In this document: positions 20,178-29,037 of the stretch, piece by piece
How positions within the stretch are numbered: position 1 is the stretch's first letter
How the letters are laid out: the number at the start of each line of letters is the position of its first letter
Assembly (NCBI GenBank): GCA_963832205.1
Contig: CAWHTK010000020.1
Coordinates: 126,512 to 190,511, forward strand
Direction of reading: 5' to 3'
Length of the DNA: 64,000 nucleotides
Source: Blastocatellia bacterium
GTDB taxonomy: Bacteria; Acidobacteriota; Blastocatellia; UBA7656
Translations under genes and position numbers: made by a program
Notes under the pieces: model-generated
Seen by the model: the letters and a program-made list of their open reading frames with translations, nothing else
Database searches by the model: none
What the model was told of the DNA's origin: nothing

Positions 20178-20795
20178 TTGCCTCGAATGAATGACCGAGA
20201 CGACGCGGAGAAAGCCGCCGCCCCCGAAATACTTAATGATGGCAGTCTCGTCGCCGATTGTCTCAGGGGCGATGAGGCGGCGTGGGAGACTTTGATACTG
20301 CGCTACCGTCGTCTCATATATTCGATCCCCATCAAGCTCGGTTTTTCTCCCATCGACGCGGCGGACATATTTCAAACGGTCTGCCTCAGGCTGTTCGAAC
20401 ACCTCCGCGAGCTGCGCGACGCCGAAAAAGTAAGCTCGTGGCTTATGAGCACAACCACCAGAGAGTGCTACCGGCTGCTCGCCCGCCGCCGCAGAGAAAA
20501 CCAGGTCTCGGTCTATGATGAAGAGCAGGAACGCGAAATCCTCGACCGGCTGGCCTCGGCCGAGCCGCTCGCTGACCAGCAGCGGATCAAATACGAGAAC
20601 GAGCAAATAGTCCGCGAGGGCGTAGCGCGACTTCCCGCGCGTTGCCGCGAGCTGATCGAGCTGCTCTTCTACAGCAAGGACGAGCCGAGTTATGCGGAGA
20701 TCGCGCGCCGCATGAATATTCCGCTCAATTCGCTCGGGCCGATTCGCGCCCGCTGCCTTCAGAAGCTCAAGAAATTCCTCGAAGAAAAACTTTAA
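20178..20795 (+). CDS. ECF (group IV) RNA polymerase sigma-70 factor
   Basis: Region 2 (ILRYRRLIYSIPIKLGFSPIDAADIFQTVCLRLFEHL) and region 4 HTH (EPSYAEIARRMNIPLNSLGPIRARCLQKLKKFL). 205 aa. Confidence 0.85.
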   Translation: MPRMNDRDDAEKAAAPEILNDGSLVADCLRGDEAAWETLILRYRRLIYSIPIKLGFSPIDAADIFQTVCLRLFEHLRELRDAEKVSSWLMSTTTRECYRLLARRRRENQVSVYDEEQEREILDRLASAEPLADQQRIKYENEQIVREGVARLPARCRELIELLFYSKDEPSYAEIARRMNIPLNSLGPIRARCLQKLKKFLEEKL

Positions 20796-20893
20796 CCGCC
20801 TGTACTTTTCTCGCGCCCCGCTGCTCCATTATCCGAACGGCGCGCGGAAGTAGAAGCTCGCGCCGTCACTTCTCCAATTTGAAAGGAGTCCGT

Positions 20894-21901
20894 ATGCGAA
20901 AATCCATCGCCGCACTTTTTGCGCTTGTGCTACTCCTTTCTCCCCATACGCATGTGTTAATAACCGATGCCCAGGCCGCGACTCGCGCCAAGGGCGTCAT
21001 CCGAAATGTCGATGTCGAAGCAAAGACCGTCACGCTCGTCGTGCGGCGCGACGGCACTAACCTCGTCCTTCAAACCGACGACCAGACTCGCATAACCCGC
21101 AACGGCGACCCCGCGAGGCTTTCAGACCTCCAGCAGGGCGACACTGCAGTGGCGGTCTTTGATCGCGAAACGCTTCTTGCCTCGCGCATAGACGCGAGGG
21201 GCGATGAGCGCCAGCAGCTTGCCCGCATAGAAGGCACGATCAGCGCGGTTGACACGGCCGCGCGCACGCTCACTATCGTTCCTTTGCGCGACGGCCGCCC
21301 CGTGACGCTGGGCGTCACCGACAGCACCGCCATCACGCTCGACGGCCGCCCCGCGCGGTTAGACGACCTTGCCCGCGGGTTTACCGCCGGCGCCTCCTAC
21401 GATCCGCGGAGCCTCGCGGCCGTGCGCGTCAACGCTGAATCGTTCGCCGAAGTGCGCGGCGTCGTGCGCGATGTGGGCGTCGCCAACCATACTTTGACCA
21501 TCGGCCTCGGCGGCGACCGAAGCCTTACGCTTTCCGTGCCCGACGGCACGCCCATCTCCCTCAACGGCCGGCCCGCCGATCTCGAAGACCTCAGGCGCGG
21601 GTTCCACGTCGTGGCGAGCTATGTCGAAAGCAGCCTCACGGCCGTTCGCATAGCCGCGACTTCGCTCGCCGAAGTCACAGGCAACATACGGCGCGTCGAC
21701 ACCGCGGCCGGGATTGTTGTGATCTCGCCGCTAATCGGCGGCGACGCGGTAGAGCTTCACGTCACTGAAGCGACGCGCATAAGCGTCGGCGGCGAGCCCG
21801 CAAGGCTCGAAGAGCTTCAGCCGGGCATGGCCGCGCAGGCCGTGTTTAACATCGCATCGCACGAGGCGCAGTCCATAACGGCCCGCGCGCAGAGGCGATA
21901 G
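20894..21901 (+). CDS. secreted protein made of four tandem repeats of about 45 aa (unknown domain)
   Basis: aaaggag RBS plus ATG at 20894. Signal peptide MRKSIAALFALVLLLSPHTHV. Repeats TVTLVVRRDGTNLVLQTDDQTRITRNGDPARLSDLQQGD / TLTIVPLRDGRPVTLGVTDSTAITLDGRPARLDDLARGF / TLTIGLGGDRSLTLSVPDGTPISLNGRPADLEDLRRGF / VVISPLIGGDAVELHVTEATRISVGGEPARLEELQPGM. The ORF-track N-terminus overlapping the sigma gene is rejected. Confidence 0.6.
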   Translation: MRKSIAALFALVLLLSPHTHVLITDAQAATRAKGVIRNVDVEAKTVTLVVRRDGTNLVLQTDDQTRITRNGDPARLSDLQQGDTAVAVFDRETLLASRIDARGDERQQLARIEGTISAVDTAARTLTIVPLRDGRPVTLGVTDSTAITLDGRPARLDDLARGFTAGASYDPRSLAAVRVNAESFAEVRGVVRDVGVANHTLTIGLGGDRSLTLSVPDGTPISLNGRPADLEDLRRGFHVVASYVESSLTAVRIAATSLAEVTGNIRRVDTAAGIVVISPLIGGDAVELHVTEATRISVGGEPARLEELQPGMAAQAVFNIASHEAQSITARAQRR

Positions 21902-21909
21902 AAGCCCGT

Positions 21910-22010
21910 AGCGAGCTTCGAAGGGGCGGCAGAGGGTGCAGGCGCGGCGAGGGGAGACGCGGCGGCGCACCACTACTCGGCTGTTATCTGTCGCCCCTTC
22001 GAAGCTCGCT
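21910..22010 (+). repeat. perfect 19-bp inverted repeat with a 63-nt loop directly after the repeat-protein stop (structured terminator/attenuator candidate)
   Basis: agcgagcttcgaaggggcg (21910-21928) and cgccccttcgaagctcgct (21992-22010) are exact reverse complements. The first arm starts 9 nt after the TAG stop. Confidence 0.45.
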
Positions 22011-22297
22011 TTAAATCTCTATCCCCATCCGCAAACAGGTGGGAGAATGGTGGTCTGAAAGGCTATTCACAAAAAGTCTGTGAGAAGGCCTGATGTCGGT
22101 AGCCCCGGAGGGGCGAGATGTTTATAGGAAGAGATCGATGTACATTTCGAGCTCCGTCAGGAGCGGTATGTTTACATTCCGCCCCTACGGGGCTCAGGGA
22201 TTTTCAGCACCGTGTCTTCTATAAATATTTCGTCCCTACGGGACTCTTACTCTCACATTTTTTGTGCAACGCCGGTCTGAAAAGGTGATATGAACCG

Positions 22298-25163
22298 GTG
22301 AGCAGAAAGCTGGCAGACTCCTTGATGAAGGCCCGAAGCGCCGACGCGTTCTTTCGCGAGCGGCGCGGCACGCTTTCGTGGAATATGTTTGCCTCGCTTA
22401 AGGCCGAGATGGATCGCCTCGTCCACACGGACCTAAACCGCGCCCGCCGCCTTGCCGACCGCATCGAGCGACTGGCCTTGCTCTCAAGCGACCCGATAGC
22501 CCGCGCGTTCGCCGACGCCTCGCGCGCCAGATTACTGCACCTGTTAGGCAATCACGGCGAGGCCAATATACTTTACGCGAAATCAATCGCGACGCTCATC
22601 GAGTCGCGGCTCGCCCGGCAGGCCGCCATCATTCAGAAGCAGCAGGTTAACGCGCTCACACACCTCGGCCGTTATCGCGAGGCGCTCCAGGCGGCGCGCT
22701 CTGCCCGCCGCGCGCTCGCGCCGTCCGAGCCGCTTCACCTGGCGCAGCTTGAGGCGAACGTCGGAAACGTCTATTACCTGCTGGACAGATACGAGAAGGC
22801 GCTGAGTCATTACGATCGCGCAAGAACCGGGCTTGCCGCGCACGGCGATGCGCGGTCGCGCGCGCTGCTCGACCTCAGCCGGGCAAATATCCTTGCCGAG
22901 CTAGACCGGCCCGAAGAGGCCATCGCGCTCTACGCGGAGGCGGCCCGCACGTCCGCGCGCGCCGGTCAGTCACTTATCGCGGCGCTCGCGAGTTACTACA
23001 CAGCCTATATTCATTTTCTGCGCGGCCGGTACAACACCGCGCTTCAATCCTATAATGACGCGCGCGACCGGCTCTCGGCTCTCGGCAGCGTTCATTATGT
23101 TGCCTGGTGCGACCTTGAGATCGCCGAGGTGCTCTTCGCCTTAAACTCGTTCGACGATGCGATGGAGAGCGCCGAGCAGGCGCGCGCGCGTTTTGTCGAG
23201 CTTCGGATGCCTTATGAAACGGCGAGGTCGCTGATGACTATAGCGCTCGCGGCGATGGGCCTCGGGCAATTCGAGCGGGCGCGCGATTATTTGAGCGAGG
23301 CCCGCTCGGTCTTTGCAGCCGATAAGAATAAGACTTTCGCCGCGCTCGCCGACTCTTATCTGGCGGAGCTTGCGATCAGGCGCGGCGATGCGGTAGAAGG
23401 CGCGCGGAGAGCCGAGGCGGCCCTGCGCGCGTTTCGGAGCAGAAATCTCGCGACCCGGTCCGCCTACGCGCTGATGCTGACGGCGCGCGCGGCTTACCTG
23501 TCGGGCGAGCGCGCGAAGGCCCACCGCCGGGCGCGCTCCGCGCTCAGATCAATCGAGACGCACTACGCCCCATCAGTGAACTACATGGCGGAACACCTTT
23601 TGGGAAAAGTAGAGCGCGACCGGGGGCGGCACGGTCGGGCCATCGAGCACTTCCGCCGCGCGGTCGAGACCATCGAGCAGATGCGCGGCGCGGTCACGGC
23701 CGACGACCTGAGATCCGCCTTTTTGCGCGACAAGGTTGAAGTCTATGAAGACGCCGTGAGCGCGTGCCTCGACGAAGGGGGCGCGTCGTCCATTGAAGAA
23801 GCATTCCGTCTGGTCGAATCGGCCAAATCTCGCGCGCTCGCCGACCTGCTCGCGCGTTACCTGCGCGACTCTTCCGTCCCGCGCGTGCGCGGCAAGGGCG
23901 GCCAGAAGAGGCGCGCGCAACTTCTCGACCTGATCGAGGACCTGAACTGGTACAGCTCGCACGCAAGTCTGAGCGAAGAGAAGGCGAGTCAGCGCCACGC
24001 GGCCCCGGCAACCTCGACGCGCGAATCGGAGCGCGTCGAGCGGCGCATCGCAAAACTTTTCCGGCGAATAGAATCGGAAGGGGATCGCGCGGATGATTTG
24101 CATGGGAGGCCGCCCATCAGCGAGCCCGAGCTGTGCGCTTCGCTTGGCGTCGAAGAGACGGTGGTCGAATACTTCGTAACGGGAGACGAGGTGTCGGCCT
24201 TCGTGACTTCGCGCGAAGGGACGAAGCTGGCGCGGAATATCGCCTCCAAACGCGAGGTCGAAGGTATGCTTTCCGCGCTCCGCTTCCAGCTCGAAAAATT
24301 TAACTACGGGCGCGAGTATGCGGACGAGAATTTCGAGCAGTTGAACGGCGCGGTCAATCATCACCTCGCGCTCTTATACCAGGCGATCTTTGCCGGGCCG
24401 CGAGCGATGATCAAGACCGAAAAGCTCATCGTCATACCACACGGCGCTTTGCACTACGTCCCGTTCCACGCGCTGATAAATCGCTATGGCTACCTCGTCG
24501 ATCAATTTGAGATCTCCTACGCGCCCAGCGCGACCGTGCTCGGCATGTGCCGCGAGCGATCGCGGACCTCGAACCTCAAATCTCGAATCTCAAATCTCTC
24601 GACTCGTATGGTCGCGCTTGGGGTAGGGGACCGGGCCGCGCCGAACATAAAAGAGGAGGTCCGCGCGCTCGGCAATCTCTTCCCGAACTCTTCGACGTTC
24701 ACCGGCAGCGCGGCCACGCGCGCTAATCTTATGAAGCACGCCCCGCGCGCCCGGTTTCTCCATCTCGCGTCGCACGGGTATTTTCGCCGCGATAACCCTA
24801 TGTTCTCTTTTCTCAAGCTCGCCGATTCGAGGATAGATTTTTACAGCCTTATGGATTTGAAGCTCACGGCTGAGATGGTGACGCTGTCGGCGTGTCACAC
24901 CGGGGTCAACATGGTATTTCCCGGAGACGAGCTTCACGGGCTCGTGCGTGGGTTTCTGCACGCGGGCGCGCCCTCGCTTGTGGCGAGCCTGTGGGCCGCG
25001 AGCGACATCTCGACGGCTGAGTTCATGAAAGAGATGTATGCCGGGATACGCGCGGGCTCGTCGAAGCGCGAGAGCCTGCGCGCCGCTCAGACTCGCCATC
25101 AAAGAGGAGTATGGACATCCATACTACTGGGCGCCATTTATACTCATGGGCAGCCCCGACTGA
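22298..25163 (+). CDS. TPR-repeat protein with C-terminal CHAT (caspase-like) protease domain; the 3' end is re-framed
   Basis: GTG start with aaaaggtga RBS. About 500 aa of TPR-like helices. The CHAT domain (LVIIPHGALHYVPFHAL...FLHLASHGYF...LSACHTG) has an intact His/Cys dyad. The ORF-track end (..AAQTRHQRGVWTSILLG.. to 25201) is a 1-nt frame error. The alternative frame gives the canonical CHAT terminus IKEEYGHPYYWAPFILMGSPD*, with its stop at 25161-25163. Confidence 0.8.
24568..24606. repeat. short in-frame remnant resembling the tttgaaat MITE family, inside the CHAT gene linker (R4)
   Basis: ctcgaacctcaaatctcgaatctcaaatctctcgactcg encodes SRTSNLKSRISNLSTR between the TPR and CHAT domains. 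It resembles the reverse complement of the selA element (cctcatttcaaatctcgactcctgcc). Confidence 0.3.
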
Positions 25164-25197
25164 GCCTCCGCGATAGATTATTTATGAGGTCACCTGT

Positions 25198-27195
25198 ATG
25201 AAGAGACTACTCTCCTCAATCTTGTTGATGATCCTCTTTGTCGTCGCCTGCTTCACGCCGGGGCCCGTGGCTACAGCGCGGGCCGAGTCCGCGCGCGAGT
25301 TTCACAAGGGCGAAGTCGTCGTCGAGATAAAACCGGAGGCGACGATAGAGGCGGTCAACGCGCGCCGAGGCACGACGACTATCGAGCGAATATACGGCAC
25401 GAACTTTTACCGGCTGCGCACGCCGAAGGGAAAGAAGGAGAAGAAGTGGCGTAAGCGGCTCGCGTCGGACCCGGACGTTTTGAGCGCGTCGCTCAACCCG
25501 ATCATCACTTATCCTAGCCTGTTTGCTCGCGCGACCGTGAGCTTTCCGGACGGCTACGCGAAACCGGGATTTTCGGCGGGCGACTTTCGCTCGCAGCAAG
25601 AGCTGTTTGATATGCTCGGCCTTGAAGCGATTGGCGACCGCTCGCGTGGCGCGGGCGTCGTCGTGGCCATCATCGACACGGGAGTAGACACCGGCCACCC
25701 GATGATCGCCTCGCGGCTGTGGAGTGACTCCCGCGCCGAAGCGGACCTGGAAGCAGACGGCGCAGATAACGACCACGACGGCTTGATTGACGACGGGCGC
25801 GGGTGGGACTTTGTTGATAACGACAACGACCCGTCGGAAGTGCCGGGCGACCCGCGGACGACTGTGGCCGGGCACGGCACCTTTATCGCGGGATTAATCA
25901 GCCTGCTCGCGCCGGAGTGCCGCATTCTTCCGGTGCGAGCTTTTCCGCCCGACGGAGTGACCGACGCATTCACGGTCGCCGCGGCGGTCAAGTATGCGGC
26001 AGATCACGGCGCGAATGTTATCAACCTGAGCCTCGGCTCTCCCGTCTCGCTCGACCTGCTCCACGGCGCGATTCGGGATGCGCGCGAGCGAGGCATAACG
26101 GTCGTCGCCGCGGTGGGCAACGACAACAGCGAAGGCACCGCTCAATTCCCATCAAGCCTGAGCGAGGTCATGGCGGTCGCGGCAATCGACCTTTCGGACC
26201 ACAAGGCGGCCTTCTCGAATTTCGGTCAGCACGTCGATGTGTGCGCGCCGGGCGTGCGTCTGATCAGCGCTTATCCCGGCGGCGAAAGCTTCGCCGAGTG
26301 GAGCGGAACTAGTTTTGCCGCGCCGCTTGCCGCTGCCTCGGCCGCGCTCGTCGTGTCGGCCGACCCGCGTGCTGCCGACGTGAAAGAGATAATCGAAGCG
26401 ACCGCCATCAACATTGACGATCTTAATCCGGGTCTCGCCGGTAAACTCGGCCGCGGTCGCATAGACCCGCTCGGCGCGCTACGGCTACTCAATACTGGCG
26501 AGCGGATCGCATCCGATTTCCACGCCGTGGTGGATATGCTGCGCGCGCCCGCGGTCGCCGACGCGACGGGCCGCGCGAGCGTGAACGTCGCGGGCGATAT
26601 GCAGGATTTTACTCTCGATGCCCAGAGATTGCGTCCGCACGCGAGCTACCGGCTCATAGTCGACGGCTTTGAGGTGGTGAGCGCCGCGCGGGCGACGAGC
26701 CTGGGGAGCTTGAGGCTGTCCTTTTCAAATAATCCGGGAAGGCTCTCGCTGCCCGCTCCGCTCAACCCGGTGACCGGTATAAGACAAGTTGAGCTGCGTG
26801 ATGAGCTGGGGCGATTGGTTTTGCATGGCAGCTTTTCGGAGGGGGACCAGCCTCCCGCCAGGGTGCTTGAAAGGGAAGCGCGGCTGGGCTCGACCGGAGC
26901 GCTGACCGGGGCGGGCGGACGCGCGATTGCAAAGGCCGAACCGGCGCGCGAATCGATCATGATACTGGCAGAAGGATTGCCCGCGGGCGCAAGCTTCCGC
27001 GTATCGGTTGACGGGTTGATGATAGGAATCTTTGCGGCGAGGTCGGGCTTTGTCCGCGCGCACCTTACAAGCGACGGCTCAAGCGGACTTCTCTTGCCTG
27101 GCGCGTTGCGGCCCGTAGTTAATGTAAGGCTCGTAGAGGTGCAGGACGCGCGGGGGCAGGTCGTGTTGAGGGGGGAGTTCTCGCCCGCCCGCTGA
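25198..27195 (+). CDS. secreted S8 (subtilisin-family) serine peptidase with propeptide and a duplicated C-terminal domain of about 90 aa
   Basis: Signal peptide MKRLLSSILLMILFVVACF. Catalytic triad motifs AIIDTGVDTGHP (Asp), VAGHGTFIAGLI (His), GTSFAAPLAAASAALV (Ser). Two C-terminal repeats (..ASYRLIVDGFEV..LNPVTGIRQVELRDELGRLVLHGSFSEG / ..ASFRVSVDGLMIG..LRPVVNVRLVEVQDARGQVVLRGEFSP). Confidence 0.85.
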   Translation: MKRLLSSILLMILFVVACFTPGPVATARAESAREFHKGEVVVEIKPEATIEAVNARRGTTTIERIYGTNFYRLRTPKGKKEKKWRKRLASDPDVLSASLNPIITYPSLFARATVSFPDGYAKPGFSAGDFRSQQELFDMLGLEAIGDRSRGAGVVVAIIDTGVDTGHPMIASRLWSDSRAEADLEADGADNDHDGLIDDGRGWDFVDNDNDPSEVPGDPRTTVAGHGTFIAGLISLLAPECRILPVRAFPPDGVTDAFTVAAAVKYAADHGANVINLSLGSPVSLDLLHGAIRDARERGITVVAAVGNDNSEGTAQFPSSLSEVMAVAAIDLSDHKAAFSNFGQHVDVCAPGVRLISAYPGGESFAEWSGTSFAAPLAAASAALVVSADPRAADVKEIIEATAINIDDLNPGLAGKLGRGRIDPLGALRLLNTGERIASDFHAVVDMLRAPAVADATGRASVNVAGDMQDFTLDAQRLRPHASYRLIVDGFEVVSAARATSLGSLRLSFSNNPGRLSLPAPLNPVTGIRQVELRDELGRLVLHGSFSEGDQPPARVLEREARLGSTGALTGAGGRAIAKAEPARESIMILAEGLPAGASFRVSVDGLMIGIFAARSGFVRAHLTSDGSSGLLLPGALRPVVNVRLVEVQDARGQVVLRGEFSPAR

Positions 27196-27639
27196 TCAAT
27201 CCGACGAGCGGCCGGTGCTTCCGAAACCGCCCTCGCCGCGCGTCGTTTCTTCGAGGTCCTCGACTTTGACGAGCATTGCCTCCTCGACTCTGTATAAAAC
27301 AAGTTGAGCGATGCGGTCGCCGCGACGGACGGCGAACGGCTCGACGCGATCCGTATTGAGCATTATCACGCTGATCTCGCCGCGATAGCCCGAATCGATC
27401 AAGCCGGGCGAGTTGACGCATTGAATGCCGTGACGCGCGGCTATGCCGCTTCGTATAAGCACGAGCCCCGCATATCCGCGCGGTATCGCCACGGCCACGC
27501 CGGTCGGGACGGTCGCGCGCTCGCCCGGGTCGAGCACAAGGTCTATGCGGCTCGGCAAATCGAGCCCGGCGTCCCCTTCGTGCTGATAGCGCGGTGTCGC
27601 GAGGCCCGCGTCAAGCATCTTGATCTTCAGCTCTATCAT
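27196..27639 (-). CDS. dut: dUTP diphosphatase
   Basis: GDAGLDLPS...GLVLIRSGIAARHGI...NSPGLIDSGYRGEI are the dUTPase motifs. 147 aa. Its stop is adjacent to the S8 stop (convergent). Confidence 0.9.
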   Translation of the reverse strand: MIELKIKMLDAGLATPRYQHEGDAGLDLPSRIDLVLDPGERATVPTGVAVAIPRGYAGLVLIRSGIAARHGIQCVNSPGLIDSGYRGEISVIMLNTDRVEPFAVRRGDRIAQLVLYRVEEAMLVKVEDLEETTRGEGGFGSTGRSSD

Positions 27640-28130
27640 CTTTTTCTCACGAGCAGCTTGAATGTGAAACCGTACTGGTTCCTATCGTCGGCCTCTACCC
27701 GCAAAGATTCTTTCTCTTCCCATTCGCCAAGGTCCAGCTCGGGGAAGAACGTATCCGCCTCGACCTGTGCGTCAACCTCAGTCAAATATATGCGGTCCGT
27801 GGCCGCGAGCGCCCGCGCGTAAATTTGAGCGCCGCCGATAATAAACGCTTCGCTGTCGCCGCGGCCCTCAGCGAGCTCGATAGCTGATTCGACTGAATGG
27901 GCAATAAGACAACCTTCGGGGCTGTACTCCTGATCGCGCGTGACGACGATCATATCTCTTCCGGGGAGCGGCCGGCCGATTGATTCAAACGTTTTTCTGC
28001 CGGCTATGAGGTGGTGGCCCATGGTAAGTTCTCGGAACCTTTTCATGTCGGACGAGAGCCGCCAGGGCAGGCGGTTATCTTTGCCTATCCCGCGACGCCG
28101 GTCCATCGCGACGATTATGGATACGATCAA
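27636..28130 (-). CDS. folA: dihydrofolate reductase
   Basis: [52 protein letters not shown]...[16 protein letters not shown]. The proposed TTG start overlaps the thyA stop (TTGA). The ATG at 28104 is an alternative. The ORF-track Arg-rich 130-aa N-terminus is rejected. Confidence 0.8.
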   Translation of the reverse strand: MIVSIIVAMDRRRGIGKDNRLPWRLSSDMKRFRELTMGHHLIAGRKTFESIGRPLPGRDMIVVTRDQEYSPEGCLIAHSVESAIELAEGRGDSEAFIIGGAQIYARALAATDRIYLTEVDAQVEADTFFPELDLGEWEEKESLRVEADDRNQYGFTFKLLVRKR

Positions 28131-28921
28131 ACCGCGACCTCGGCTTTGATGTGCGGGTGGGATTGGTACCCCACAAGCTCGAAATCTTCGTACCGAAAAT
28201 CGAAGATCGACCTGACCTCCGGGTTTATCCTCATCCGAGGAGGCGGGAGCGGGTCGCGCGTCAGTTGCAGACGCGCCTGCTCGATGTGATTTAAATAAAG
28301 GTGCGCGTCTCCGAGCGTATGCACAAGCTCGCCCGGTTTGAGGCCGCACACCTGAGCGATCATCATCACCAGCAGCGCGTATGAAGCGATGTTGAAGGGA
28401 ACGCCAAGGAATATGTCTGCCGAGCGCTGGTACATCTGGCAGGAGAGGCGCCCCTCGGCCACGTAAAACTGAAACAGCACGTGGCACGGTTGAAGCGCCA
28501 TGCGGTCGAGTTCGCCCGCGTTCCACGCGTTGACGATCAGGCGGCGCGAATCGGGGTTGGTTTTGATCTGGTCTATGACCTGACTTATCTGGTCAACTTC
28601 GCGGCCGTCGCCCGCGCGCCACCTGCGCCACTGCGCGCCATAGACCGGGCCAAGGTCGCCGTTTTCATCCGCCCATTCGTTCCATATGCTCACCCCGCGT
28701 TCTTGCAGGTACTTGATGTTGGTGTCGCCCCTCAAGAACCAGAGCAGTTCGTGAATGATAGATTTCAGATGCAGCTTCTTTGTCGTCAGCGCGGGAAATC
28801 CTTCGCCGAGATCGAAGCGCATCTGGTAGCCAAAGACCGATAGCGTGCCTGTCCCCGTTCGGTCGTTTTTCTTAACGCCGTTTTCAAGAACGTGCCTCAT
28901 CAAATCGAGGTATTGCCTCAT
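28127..28921 (-). CDS. thyA: thymidylate synthase
   Basis: [31 protein letters not shown]...PCH(V)LFQFYV... 264 aa, canonical ThyA. Confidence 0.9.
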   Translation of the reverse strand: MRQYLDLMRHVLENGVKKNDRTGTGTLSVFGYQMRFDLGEGFPALTTKKLHLKSIIHELLWFLRGDTNIKYLQERGVSIWNEWADENGDLGPVYGAQWRRWRAGDGREVDQISQVIDQIKTNPDSRRLIVNAWNAGELDRMALQPCHVLFQFYVAEGRLSCQMYQRSADIFLGVPFNIASYALLVMMIAQVCGLKPGELVHTLGDAHLYLNHIEQARLQLTRDPLPPPRMRINPEVRSIFDFRYEDFELVGYQSHPHIKAEVAV

Positions 28922-28974
28922 CTCTCCTGTCCTTTTACTTTATTGGCGCGTGCGTATTTTATGGCAGGCGGCGG

Positions 28975-29018
28975 CAAAAACAAAGAGCCGCAAAGCAACC
29001 TGCTTTGCGGCTCTTTGG
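28975..29018 (-). terminator. rho-independent terminator after the S8 gene at 29038
   Basis: 17-bp perfect stem caaagagccgcaaagca/tgctttgcggctctttg, followed on the minus strand by ctttgtttttgcc. Confidence 0.5.
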
Positions 29019-29037
29019 ATATTTATTCGACCGGCTT

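Noticed and set aside
20642-20893. ORF-track N-terminal extension of the repeat protein overlapping the ECF sigma gene by 150 nt, considered as a possible anti-sigma factor domain.
   Set aside because: The extension is Arg-rich with no transmembrane helix or anti-sigma motif. A strong RBS plus ATG and a signal peptide begin at 20894. The protein is secreted, not a membrane-spanning anti-sigma factor.
25198-25201. Apparent ATGA start/stop overlap (translational coupling) between the CHAT gene and the S8 peptidase.
   Set aside because: The CHAT ORF's last 35 codons are out of frame. The alternative frame gives the canonical CHAT terminus HPYYWAPFILMG and stops at 25163, leaving a 34-nt spacer. 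The overlap is a frame-error artefact.
27636-28526. 296-aa ORF suggesting a long N-terminal extension on DHFR.
   Set aside because: Only the last about 165 aa match DHFR. The first 130 aa are Arg/Ala-rich antisense-like sequence overlapping thyA. The true start is the TTG or ATG at 28130/28104.
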